DNA of 53,602 bases, filler included, from Sphacelaria rigidula (lineage: Eukaryota), in the NCBI GenBank assembly GCA_964200075.2. It is 4 parts of 4 records of this genome, joined end to end, with 100 filler letters (N's around TTAATTAATTAA, not from the genome) between each part and the next. Parts side by side here need not be neighbours in the genome. Positions count along the whole stretch, not along the records: positions 1 to 13,327 come from CAXNAA020002960.1; positions 13,428 to 26,753 come from CAXNAA020002961.1; 2 more parts are not named here. One strand, 5' to 3'. Position numbers and translations under genes: made by a program. The number at the start of each line of letters is the position of its first letter. Position 1 is the first letter of the stretch. The notes under the pieces were generated by a model, which was given only the letters and a program-made list of their open reading frames with translations, did not search any database and had not been told where the DNA came from. Of the stretch, positions 12,340 to 24,890 are shown piece after piece.

Positions 12340-13130
12340 AAATGTGACGGTGTGGTAATATTTCTCCCATCGACGCTAGGGTGGGCGCGTGACGTTATTC
12401 GTGGTTCGCCAGGTGGCGACCTCGCCCCCATCCGACCATACCTTCCCTCGCGGTCATGTTATGCCGAAATATCGCAATGTCGCAGTAATTCTTCCACTAA
12501 CGGTAGGGTGGGCGCGTTACATTTGTGGTTCGCGACGTGGCAACGCCCTCTTTATCTAACCGCACCAAGTGTGTGTTGGGAAGGATATTTCCTAGACTTG
12601 GGTACTTTGGAAAACCGAACTCTAAGTACCCAAAGCTTGGGTAGAGTATTGAGATCGTGCTCAACAATAATCAGATGTGGGGTGAAGTTTTGCGATTGTA
12701 TTTAACAAAATCCAATATTTGGGGAGAGTTTGGAGATCGGACCATCAAAACACAAAATTCGGTCGGGTGAATACCCGGGTATTTACCCTACCCAGCACAA
12801 CCTTCGCTGGTGGCCATTTTATGTGGAAATCTTGCGATGTGGCAGTGATTCCCCCGTAAACGCTGCGATATGGGCGTAACGCTATCTGTTGTTCGCGAGC
12901 TGCCAACCGCCCACCCCCTCCCACCCACCCACTCCATCTGACCACACCTCTCGCGGATGTGGCAGCATTTTCCCCACTGACGGTAGGGTGGTCGCGTCAC
13001 GTTTGTGGCTCGCGACCTACCAATCCCCTCCCCCCCCCCCCATCCGACCAAACCTCATCTTGCCGCTATGTCATGTGGAAACAGGGCAGTGATTCTCCCA
13101 TCGACCCGTTTGTGGTTCGCGACTTGCCAC
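12340..13130. repeat. Degenerate ~120-130-bp tandem repeat
   Basis: Repeated units CCACT.ACGGTAGGGTGG.CGCGT.AC.TTTGTGG.TCGCGAC...CCCATCCGACCA.ACCT. Confidence 0.6.
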
Positions 13131-13131
13131 C

Positions 13132-13178
<47 letters not shown>

Positions 13179-13327
13179 CCCCCCCCTCTGTGAGAGAGAA
13201 ATTTACTAAGAACCGTTGTACCAAATACAACCACCAATCACCACCGCCCACGTCCATTCACGGAGATTTAGTACTGACCCTGGCGGAAATTATGAACGGA
13301 CGACCGTGGCATATCCGACACAGTTGG

Positions 13328-13427
13328 NNNNNNNNNNNNNNNNNNNNNNNNNNNNNNNNNNNNNNNNNNNNTTAATTAATTAANNNNNNNNNNNNNNNNN
13401 NNNNNNNNNNNNNNNNNNNNNNNNNNN
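13328..13427. other. Artificial contig linker
   Basis: N44-TTAATTAATTAA-N44, giving stop codons in all six frames. Confidence 0.98.
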
Positions 13428-13567
13428 AAAATAATGGCAAGCACCGCAGAAGGAAGGTGGGGTACTAAAAAAAAAAAAAAACTCCTGTGTTAACCTTCCT
13501 CCTGTGTGACCCCGGCTGATGCGCCCACATATCCCGAAAGGGGTAGACTGGCACCAAGAATAAAAGG

Positions 13568-13568
<1 letters not shown>

Positions 13569-13630
<62 letters not shown>
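13569..13630. repeat. (AC)n microsatellite forming a SINE S1 tail
   Basis: Uninterrupted AC repeats. Confidence 0.95.
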
Positions 13631-13632
<2 letters not shown>

Positions 13633-14304
13633 CCTGCACCAAATGTTACTCGAAGCTACTCGGTCTGCCCCGGGGTGTTGGTTTGAGTATGGCTTTTACT
13701 GTAGTTCGGATTAGCCTTGGGATTTGCAAACCCACCTTCTAGAAACACAATCCATTTACGACGCGATGTCACCAACTATTCGACCTGCATCATTGTTTCG
13801 GAACAATATCACCGGCTGCCAGTCGTGAGGTTTCGAATGCTCTTGAGGGCGGGGGGGAGGCGTGCAGATTCCCCAGTGATCAGATAACGCTTCCCAGATT
13901 ACCCATAGGTATTTGCGGGAAATGTCTTGGATGGGCGGCAGGCCTGAAGGGTGGTGCAATGACCATTTTGATAGTTTTGATTGGTGGAATGATCCGCCAT
14001 GTTTCCCCACAAATCGCCTGATGTCGCCCGTATCAAAAGTGAAGCAGTATTTGACCGTTTGAGCCACGGTCACCCAGCCATCGAGGCACACACGAAGAAG
14101 AGGTGCATTTTGCCCTCTGCGCAGTCTTGGTCACATGCCCACGCACTTTCATGTTGTAAAGAGCTGCGCATTCTTCATGTAGAACACTGAGCAGAGAAGA
14201 AAACGGTGGTGTTCGTGTGCAGTGGCGAGTATGGGCCTGGTTCAGGGCAATCATTGACGAGGATGCTTATTTTCAGACATTTCTTTTTCGGACAAAAACT
14301 AGAC

Positions 14305-15485
14305 AATTTACAAAAAAAGGGTACAACCTGGGGCATTTGGAACAAAGAGGGATAATGGATGTTTTTGGTTTGGGGCGCGGCGCTGCACGCGGGCTGAACG
14401 CCTCGAAAACACAACCCAACGCCTCAGCCCCACGCCCAAGGTGTTTGGGCAGCATGCCCGACCATTCTTTTTTATTTCAACACTTGGTTCTAGGCTGAAC
14501 TACCGCCCAGAAAAGGAGAACCTGTGAGAGTACCCTTTTTTGTAAAAAAAACGGGAGGGTACACTCTTCTCTCGGCTAAACCATAACCTCTTCTCCTTTT
14601 TTGTTCAAGTGTGGACCCTTTCATGCTCAAGTGTATACCGTTCTTTGCTCTTTTTTGTGAAGTGATGACCGTACCGCCGGCTCCGCAGAAGGAACGCCGA
14701 ACAGTCACAATCATACCCATTTTTTGTAAAGTACACCAGGCCAAAAAGGCCGAAACCCAACGACCAAGAGATTGTAGACCCCTGTTGGTTGGCCCGCAGA
14801 CCCGGAAGATTCGACGATGCACGCAGGACGCGAACGCTTGTGTGCCAGAGCTCACCAAGGTCCAACGAACATGCGTGAAAAGTCTTGCCGACACACCCAG
14901 ATCCGAACGGTATCACTCGTATTCGTTAGACCTTTGTGAGCTCCGTGACACAAACGTTCGCGTCCTGTCTGCATCGTCGGATCTTCCGGGTCTGCGGGCC
15001 AACCAACAGGGGGCTATAATTCCTTGGACGTTGGGTTTCGGCCTTTTGGTCAATTCGCGAAAATATGGGTATCGTTGTGACTGTTTGGCGTATCTTTTGC
15101 GGAGCCGGCAGTACGGTCACCACTTCACAAAAAGGAGCAAAGAAGAGTATTCACTTGATCATGAAAGGGTCCACACGTGAACAAACAAGGAGAAGAAATC
15201 ATGGTTTAGCAGAGAGCAGGGTGTACCCTCCTGGTTTGTTTACAAAAAGGGGGTACTCTCACAGGTTCTCCTTTTCTACGCGGTAGATTAGCCTAGTACA
15301 ACGTGTTGAAATAAAAAAAAAAAGGTCGACAATGCTGCCTAAACACCTTGGGCGTGGGGCTGAGGCACTGGGACGTGTTTTCGACGTGTTCAGCCCGCGT
15401 GCGGCGCCGCGCCCAAAGACCGAAAAACGAGTCAGCCTTTTTTGGTTCCAGAAGAACCAGGGTGTGCCCTCCATTGTATATTTCC
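14305..15485. repeat. Long foldback (inverted repeat), arms of about 570 bp with a 34-bp spacer
   Basis: 14305-14878 is an imperfect reverse complement of 14913-15485, e.g. CCTCAGCCCCACGCCCAAGGTGTTT vs AAACACCTTGGGCGTGGGGCTGAGG. Confidence 0.9.
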
Positions 15486-17446
15486 CAAAATAGAGACCGT
15501 TCGGAATGGTCCTTAAGGTTATTACCAACCATGACGTTCCCCCCTCCGAAATCTGATAGTGAGATACCCATGAGGAAGTGTATGAGCCGGGGCGGTCTCT
15601 GGAAGTGGCGATACCAAAAAATGAAGCAACTCATTGTAGGGTGTCATCCAAATGCAAGATAATCAGTACGCTTGGGGCGGAACAATATCAGCAGGATGCA
15701 GCTCACCCTTAACGCTACTCGCCGAGCACACCCCGGCGCTTCGCGCTTGGTGATTGATTGTGAACCTGGTCCGGCGAAAACCCGGCGTGCTTCCGTCCCG
15801 GCTTTGTAGGGATGCGAGGTCAACGGTAATATGACTACGGCATGCAAGATCATGAGTACACCCTCCGAAACCTCTGTTTTTTCCGCAAACATGCCTAACT
15901 CCCGTCAAATGCGAGAGCAGAACTCGTAATCAGGCGAAGCAATAGATCAATTGACGACTAACTACAGATTTCTCTGAATATCTAGCGCCGTAGTGTTTTT
16001 GCAGCACTTTTTGTTCCGGAAAAATCTTTAAGAAGAACTTTTTTTCCGGAGGAGTAAAAAGTAAAAGTCTGACCCCCCCCCACCCGTCAATAACGCCTCT
16101 TACTTACCGAGGCCCGAACAATCATATGCAAAAATATATATTTGGCGACTCACGTTCGATGGCTGGTTGCTGCGATACCATTCCTCTCCCACAAAAAGAT
16201 ATACGGAGAAAAATTTGAAACGTCTTCCGGACTTCTGGAAATCATTGCGCTATATTACACGTACGTCCTCAGGATCACTTTTTTTCAATGGAAACATAAT
16301 ATGACGCCGCAATGTGATCGTCACTTGGATCACATGACATCACATCGTTGAAGTCGAGAGATGTGTGTATGTTGTGAAGCAGCATTTCACCTCCTGCGAT
16401 GCGCACGACGTCGCCGGGGGGGCGCATTGTCTCCGCGAGACTGGCTGGGCTGCGCTGTGCTGTCTGCGAAATTATTCATGAAATGCTGGCTCCACCATGT
16501 AATGGGTGACTAGTTAAGCGCGCCCCGGTTCGGTGGAGCCACGTTTCGGTTCAAGGGAGCTATGCGCATTTCCCTCGCAGCGAATGCCTTTTTTTTGTCA
16601 CATGTGCGTTCTCGATGGAACCCACCCCTGTCGTCAGGGCCTGTTTTAACGAGACAAGAAAAGGGAGAACGCGCCGTGAGAGTGATTCTTGCGTTTTTTC
16701 GTGTGTGTTTTTTTCCTTCCAATTTTGTCCTTTCAATTGGTTGCCAATCAGCTCTCAAAAACAGACAACAAAAAAACGCTCCACAAAACGTTGTTAATAT
16801 ATATAGCCGTGTCGTGCCACTTGAAAAGCAATAGATTCAAAGCCAAAAAACATCATGTGGCGATATTCGATGATGCAGGAGGGGCGGAAGCTGGAGGTCA
16901 AAAACGTACACCCCTTGACCCTCATCTTCGTCTCCGTACAGTAGAGAGTTTCGGAAACCAAACTTTTGAGCCAAAAACTCGGGGATAATTTGCGTCTCCC
17001 TAATAAAATTCAATCAAACGATAATTATGCCTGAGTTTTTCTAGCCTATTTTTGTTTTCCGAAACTCTCTAGTTTTTCTGGTCGACAGTCCAGATGCTTC
17101 CAGGGGCGGGTGTAGATTTCGACGAGGAGGCGGTGCGGGTACCAGTTCACCCGAAGAGTTTTCCAAGCCTACCTTACGTGGTTCCAAGAATTTTCGAGGA
17201 AAAAGAAAAACGTGAAGTTTGGCTCGAAGCCAAGAAAGATTGGTCTGGTGACCAATCAAGAACAGCAGAAGGACGAGATATGCTCCGTCACGAACTGCCT
17301 CATCTTTATGGCCTGCTGGCAGCAGCGGCATGTTTCATCACTTCTGGTGGGACAGCGGTTGAGAATACACGAGGTGCTTTTGGGGACCAGTCTCCGGCAC
17401 ACTGACCCTCTCTCCTCCCGCCGTGTCGTCGATGGGGCTGCATTAA

Positions 17447-17545
17447 CCCTTTGACCGCGAGGGTAGGTCACCAGCTGAATCGGCATCAATGTTCACTTGA
17501 AAAAAGTATGCATGATCCAGATGGACTACCCCCGCGGTCTAAGGG
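17447..17545. mobile_element. 99-bp piggyBac-type MITE
   Basis: TTAA-CCCTTTGACCGCGAGGGTAG ... CTACCCCCGCGGTCTAAGGG-TTAA. A homologous copy lacking the right end lies at about 28562-28648. Confidence 0.85.
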
Positions 17546-17666
17546 TTAAGCACACCGCGGAGCTGAGAGCATACATCCAGAAACAGCTTGGATCGTTGAG
17601 TGAGGAGTGATTTTTTTGTTTTGTTTTTTCTTTCCTTGACGAAAGGAGAAACCCAACCCAACACTT

Positions 17667-17934
17667 CACACCGTGGACAAGAGAATACACAGTCAAAAAA
17701 TGTACTGCGTACATTATCGACTACTGCGCCTATCGCATTAGACAATAGATTCCATACTGTACGCAGTACATTTTCTCACAATATAATCTAGTGTCCAGGG
17801 TGTGCAACACTTACCCCGCAAGTCAAAAAGTGTACCGCGTGCAGTATCGACTATTGCGCCTATTGCAATAGACAACAGGTTCCATACTGTACGCAGTACA
17901 TTTTTTTACAAAATAATCTATTGTCCAGGGTGTG
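17667..17934. mobile_element. hAT-type MITE family C (138-bp unit) with adjacent partial tandem duplicate
   Basis: TIR CACACCSTGGACA / TGTCCAGGGTGTG; 8-bp TSD CAACACTT around 17667-17804. A second 5'-truncated unit ends at 17934 and is followed again by CAACACTT. Confidence 0.8.
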
Positions 17935-20191
17935 CAACACTTACCCCCCGCAGGTTTTCGCAAGCGCGTTGGTATGCCGATTACCCCAAGGCTCGGCTAG
18001 ACCACCTCGCGGCAGGCGCCTCGAGCGGGGGCTCAAGACAGTTTGGGGGCTATCGTAGAAAGTGTCGGATGCTCCCACTAACACCCCCTACAGTATCAAC
18101 TTGGCGCATTACACGCGCCGCCCTGCTCTCAGGAGCTTCGGCCCTTGAGCGAGGAGCGATGACACACTACAGTATGCTTGGTTGGCTGCTTGGTTCGTCG
18201 CAAGGGTCGGACCGAATCATGTCTGGTCCGAATAATCAAATGTAGTATCTATGGGCCTGTTTGCTCGGAAAGAGATGAAAAAACGTTTACCGCCGGTCAA
18301 ACACGTCTCTGCGCAAATTTTGCGCTATTTGCCGCGTGCCTGGGGTGTAACACTGAAAACAAAGCACAAGGATTGATCCGTACGTTTTCCGCACGAATCA
18401 ATCACACTAATAGCAAGTAATTCTCTAGGTTGGTTGTCGCACACGAACTGATCTTCAAACAAATCCAGCCGTTGGTCATTGGATACACGATAGACGTGAA
18501 GAATGTGACCACAACGGAAAGGTCCGCTTATCAGGAGCCTGGGGAAGATGGGGTCACAAAAATAGAGGGAGAGCACAGTCAATCCGAACGAAACGAGAAA
18601 GCGGAACGAACAGAAAGGAATGAGAAGCAACAGGAGACGAAATGAGAGGAAAGAGGAAGAGCAAGAAAAAACGTCAAGGCATATCAAGTACTGGGCCGGT
18701 CTCCGCTCAATAACGAACCCCAAGAAGCGGTCGGCCGCTGCCTCATGGCTTCAGATGAGGCGACGTTATAATAAAACAAGCAAAATTAAACCAAATGGGA
18801 GGGAAGAAGGGTCGAGGACACAGGATTAGTTAGGCTCAGCTATTTGGGAACCATCCACTGTATGTTGACGTGAACTCTCACCCGCGAATTCTCCCGGATC
18901 GGAACTCAAAATTGCGAAGGCATGAAAACAAACTTGAAAAAAAAACATCGCAAAAGAAGGTTAGTTCACCTCCGAGTCGATTGGCTCTTTGAATAAATTT
19001 CTCAGAAGTATATTATTTCGAACTAACGCTAACCTTGACCCTAACCCCAACCCAAGGCTCACCGAGAACCCTCGGGCTAGGGGGGTGCAAAGTGTTCTCT
19101 ACGCGAAGGGTGGCACTGGTAGTCCTCAAATCGGCGCCAAAGGTGCCTGTATGGACAATGCGTTCTGCCCACGCGATTGATAAGACCACTCAGGGCGGTC
19201 AGCCACTCAGAAGATTCGAATAGCGGTGTTGCACACTAAAGTCGAGTAATGAAATTCTGTGAAAGTTTAGTAATAGACCAAGCGGTGAGCTCTACTGAGC
19301 TAAAGAAAAAACAGCAGTGAAGGAGGGAATATAGAAGAGAAAGAACAAAAAAAGAGACAGTGGGAAAATATTAAATAAAAGAAGGGAATCTAACCCAAGG
19401 ACGAACCAGGATGATGAAAAAAGTTCAAAGGTCGCAAGCCAAGGAAAAAGCAGTGTCAACGAAGGTACCAATAAGTCAGGAGTTTATCAGCTCCCGTGCT
19501 GCCCCGGCCTCTCCCACTGATCCCTAGCAGTCAGGTACAAAGCGTGTAATCTTTCTCGATCATTCCCATCTTGGATTTTCCGCGAGCTGTTGCTGTTGTT
19601 CCTCCGGCGGCGGTGGCAGCTGTCCTCTCGGAAGCTCTCAGCGCGATAGCCTCTTCCTTGTGGTGTAGGTCGGGCTAGCGTATGTAATTTTCCACACCCT
19701 GAATGATGACAAAATAATACACAGTCAAGAGGTGTACCGTGTACAGTATCGACTAGTACGCCTATTGAAGCAGACAAAGTATTCCATACTGCACGCAGTA
19801 CATTTTTTTACAATATAATATGTTGTCCAGGGTGTGATGTCTTCCCGTGGCCACGCCTCCTCGAACTCCTCCGCCACCTCTTTTGACCTCCAATATGCGG
19901 CGCTGCAACCCTCTCGGAAAGTGTAAGTGTACGACAAGTCGTTCCGAGGCCGCGCGATGCACCTCGTAAGCCCCCTGTGTTGAAGGACCGAAAAGTTGTC
20001 GCCAAAGCGCTCGAGTACTCATTTTTTCCCCAGTGAAATTCCTTTCGTACCACAGTCGTCAACTCTTCGGCAACCGTGCCCTAATAGCGACCTAAGAGAT
20101 CTGTCCTAGGTGGTCATTGGCGGACATGGCCGACGTGGCTATGACCGGCGCGGTACCCAGGTGCACACGCACAATATATGTGTGTGCAAGT

Positions 20192-23016
20192 CAGGGTTGC
20201 ATATCGGACCGAGAAAAAAGTTCGATGCGATCTTCTTAGGGTATCAACCCACAACCCCCGATACCGATATCTCTGTCGATATTCCGAAAAATGACACGAT
20301 ACGTATCGAGTATCGATATTCGATACGATACGACTGTTTTGGTCTGGCCGCAGCGTACAAGACCGAGATGTACACTGGCACACTGACACCCTCACCCACA
20401 TGTAGGTCGCATAAGATACCACATCCCCAAGACAGAATTTCAAAACTCACTTACTCCTCACCAGAGGCGATGCCAGGGCTGAACTGGGCGGCGTTTCAAC
20501 CATATCGTCGAGAGAAAGTAATCGAGCTTTGAAATTCGCTCCTGAGGGTGTGGTATCTTCAGCAACCTACGGTAGTTTCCAGTGGACAGCGGTGCACACA
20601 TCATGTACAGCAGCGGGTAGTGTGCAAATTGACATCATAGCAGCGGCGGCATGTGGTGATGTAGCTGTGTAGCGGATATTTTTCGTCATTGTGCAAGAGG
20701 TAGTTGATCACAGCGGACCGGGTGTGGTATTGGTTATACTGTTTTCATTTCTACGGCCACTGCTCTGTGTGTTTCGATCGAACGAGCGCGTACCTTGACC
20801 CTGGACATTCACTAGAATCACTAGAAAAAACAAACGTGTCAAACGTCGAACATGCACAAACTCCAATGCGCGCTCTTCTTTTTCAGCGTTTTTCACTACC
20901 AACAACAGGAAACGTCGGCAGCATGCGTAAAATTCTAATTTTTGGATGCCAAGCAATGTAGATTTGGATGTCACCAACCAAGAAGAAAAAACCATGAAGC
21001 TTGCAACAATTAGGATGTCCAGACTAATGGATGGAGAGGGAAATAAATCCAACACTCGTCAAACATGAAGGAAGGGCGGAACGACACCACCATCTCCTCA
21101 TACTCTGAAGGATAGCTGTTTTCTTCTGTTATCTGCAGCTTTGCAGTGATCGCGACCTCATATCTACTCCGCCACGCCACCCGTATGTTGCCGTTGTTAA
21201 ACACCCCCTCTGAATCATATCACCAAATCCACGAGGCACCAGCGGTTACTCTGTCGCCTCCTATCCCACGAATAGATACTGCATCCATTTGCACACCGTG
21301 CAACCGCTCTACAGCTATACTCGTGGTGTGTGGTGTGTGCAGGCGACCTTGTAGAGTGGCGGGGGGTGGGGCTGAATCATCTGGAGGTCTGCCGTTCGGG
21401 AAATACCACCCCCCCCTACTTTTCCTGTGACGAAGGTTTCGAGAGGTTGAGCTAATGTGACGAAAAAGGGGCCAAATATCGAGCGTATTGATATTCGATA
21501 TTGATATTCGATATTGATACGTATCGCATAGATCGGTTTTTTACGCTCCGATACGAGCTGGGCCAGCCTCATAACGGATTGAAGCTCCAAAAGCAATATC
21601 TCATCGACACAGACGAGTTGGGCCGTGATCCGCATATCGTATTTATCGTCTGATCAAGGGAGAGGTGCCCATCTGCTCAAAAATCTGGGCCAATATTTTC
21701 TCGTTGATTAAACCTCATGTCTAGTAATTCGTATACCGTACGGCGATAGCGTCCACACTAAAATCTATACGAAACCCCGAACGATACATTCAGCGGATGA
21801 TGACGATTTTTGGGTGGGGACCTTCCCTGGAGCACGGGAAGACGATCGATACCCCCACCTTCACCTAATTCGTAATCTGTCCCGAGATATGGTGCACATA
21901 AGTTTCGATACTAAAATCAATATATTACAAGCAAAGGCCCTAAATACCCTAGATGTGGATATCGCGTCTCAGTTTTTGAGAGTTGTTCTATGAAATTTGA
22001 TATGGAGGAGCGCTAGGGCATCAAAAAATAAAAACTAGTTTGTTAACCTCCTTTTCGTTTTTTTCTTCATTTTTTTCATTTTATTTCGTGTTTTTAGTGG
22101 AGTTTCGAGGAGAAATGAACATTGCTCTTACGCCTTGTCTCACTGTTTGGGCCCAATTTTTTTAATTGTGATTTGAAACTTAGCATGGAGAACCACGAAG
22201 GTGTGCCGGATAAAAAAATGTGGGCCTTATTTTTTTTTTCCATAGAGGTTAGTGCGTCCTCGTGAAGATTTTTTTTTTACCATACTAGAACGCCCTAAAC
22301 CAGTGAAAACAATAAAAATAAACAACCTGACCCACCGAGGTTTGTTAATTATGCCCTAGCGAGGGCCCACACAATTTTTTAATACACAAAAACCAAACGT
22401 GGGCCGGTGAGTGGCCTGAGAAATACTGTTCTGAATTTCTACCGAGCCGGTCTTGAAAAGTCGAATGCGCCGGCCAATATTCAGAGTTGGAGTGTAAAAT
22501 TTGGTGTGGACAACGAACGCATAGGGCATAATATTTTTTTTACAGAAGCATCATAAGTTTTTTTTTTTTTTTCATGAGTTGAGGGCAATAATCAGTTTTC
22601 ACGTATCAGTAAAATGCCCGTAACTCACGACAAAATAAAATAAAATCTGGTGCTTCTGTAATTGTTTTTCATGCCCTATGCACTGTCCGTACCAAATTTC
22701 ACGCTTCAACTCTGAAAGTTTTTTTTGTGTTTTTTCATGATTTAGGGGCAATAATCAGTTTTCAGGTATCAGTAAAATGCCCTGAACTCACGGAAAAAAA
22801 AGCTTCTGGTGCTTCTATAATTCTTTTTTTGATGCCCTATGTGCTATCCATATCAAAATTTATCCTCCAACTCTAAATATTGACCGGCACATTCGCAAAC
22901 TTCAAATCCTCCTCCGGGCTGGACCAGCTCGTACCGATACTGCGTATCGCCGATACTGCGTATCGCCGATACTTATCGAAATCGCATCGATTATCGACAT
23001 TCGATGTGCAACCCTG
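20192..23016. mobile_element. Non-autonomous hAT-like element or paired ends with TATCGA subterminal repeats
   Basis: CAGGGTTGCATAT at 20192 and ATGTGCAACCCTG ending at 23016; TATCG/CGATA arrays near both ends and at ~21475-21640. No TSD match. Confidence 0.5.
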
Positions 23017-23539
23017 CTCCATAGAGAATGTATTTTGCCACGCATATACCACGCGTCATTGTTGCCCGTGTATGAGCCACGAACAGCAGCAGCCGATTGC
23101 AGTCTTGGTGCGAACTAAACAACAGTCGTGATCGTGCGCCAGTACTCCATGTGGTCATGCATGTGCGAAGATGGAAGCACGCAGCATCAGAATGATGTAC
23201 TGGTAATTGGAACAGAACAACGTTCACCCTTCTCCCTCCTAATCGTCGCAGGATACTGTTGCATGACTTCGTACTGCCTAAGGGTTTTCATGAGGGCATC
23301 ACTCCTGTTCCCCCGTCAATGGCCACAAAGCGTCGATCTACGGCTAGTACGAAAATCGTCGTCGTAGAATACCCTTGGGACTGCGAGTGGAAGCGAACGT
23401 TATTCAATCTCGAAACGGAACGCATGAGCATTTAAAGGATTGGAACAACACCTCACTGTATACCCCCTTCGAAAAGTAGGCGTTTTAGCTGTCAGCCACA
23501 CCCAAGTCCCCCCTCACCCCGAGTACAAGATGAAGAGTA

Positions 23540-24890
23540 CAGTAAGTTGCTCTGTGATCGCACAGGGGTGCGATCGATTTTTAAATGTTTTCGAACTTAT
23601 TTTTTTTTCGCACAGGGGTGCCTTCTCACGACCCCTGTGCGAAAATCGAATTAAATCATTTGGTACTGCTTTTCCATCGCACACCCCTGTACCATCTCAA
23701 CGACATGTGCGATATTGAGTAAAATATCTCGATGACACCAGGGTCTTTGAACGCATACCCTGTGCGATGACCCCGCCATGTGCGATACTGAGTAAATCTT
23801 CGCCAGTGTAAATGAACAATCTGCAACAGTACTGCCGTAGGAACAAGTTCTGAAGATGCCTGAAACATAGCAAGTACACACGGGCACACAGCCATAGCAC
23901 GACAGCATCAAGCACACCGCACGAGCCTACGGTAGTTGTCGTGGTATCAGTATACCGTTACACGAAATGTCGGAGAGAGAGACGAGGTTGATTGCAAGAA
24001 ATATCGTTCGGTGCAAGTACGTGTTTGCTTTCGGGCTTCGTTCTTTCCGTCGGTGTTGGCGTTTGGTGAAAGGTTTCGGCTTTGGTGGTTTCATCCAAGG
24101 TGCTGTGACGATTTATAGGCAACCGATTAGACTAATCGATTGCCTATAAATCGTCACAAAAGCTAGTCGTGGGGGATCGATCCCCGTCGCTTTCACTCCG
24201 AGGAGGGTGATCCCCCTTGCCAGCGCTGTACGTCTGTTCGCGCTCATGGTATCGGTCTAATGTTGCCACACGTATCCATTCGGGGTTACTCGTCTCCCCC
24301 ACTCATTTCCAGAGTGTGTGCACTGGGATCCCTAGCAGTCAACGTGGGGATTGGACTCTTCCCCATCACCCTCTTTTTTACCGGAGGTAGGGTTTTCCTC
24401 TTTTTTCTTCAAAAAATGTGCGTCCGACGGGAATCGAACCAGCGACTAACTTTTGTGTCGAGTAGACTACACGGCACAGTCAGTGCTGACTGTACCGTAG
24501 TCTAATCGGTTGCCTATAAACCGTCACACCGACGAGAACTGGAGTAAAATAAATTGAAGAAAAAACCACTGCGTAAGTTTTTTGTGTCTGCACTGCCACA
24601 CCGCAGTGCGTAGTCCAGACAAGCCCCATGACGACTAGTGGAATAAAGACAAAGATCGTGGCAACTCAGGCTGTCCGTCCCAAAGACCCATCCGCGCGCA
24701 CGCGTCCTCACGCCCGGAAGGTGGCTGAGACGCATTTCATCCTTGAGATCGCACCCCTGTGCGAAAACAACGACCCCTGTGCGAAAAACCAACCAAATAA
24801 TTTTAAACCGTGTTTTTGATCGCACAGGGGTGCGCTCTCACGACCCCTGTGCAAAATTCACGCCCTGTGCGATCACAGAGCAACTTACGG
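23540..24890. mobile_element. Tc1/pogo-like non-autonomous element
   Basis: TA-CAGTAAGTTGCTCTGTGATCGCACAGGG ... CCCTGTGCGATCACAGAGCAACTTACGG-CA, with multiple CCCCTGTGCGA subterminal repeats at both ends. Confidence 0.7.

Noticed and set aside
12959..13257. Poly-Pro and poly-Gly ORFs
   Set aside because: Translation of a poly-C homopolymer of uncertain length.
13372..13383. TTAATTAATTAA palindrome repeated three times at regular spacing
   Set aside because: It is embedded in N runs and is an artificial six-frame stop linker.
14490..15286. Similar ORFs on both strands (e.g. MVTVLPAPQK / MTVPPAPQK)
   Set aside because: By-product of the palindrome; the frames are not conserved between arms.
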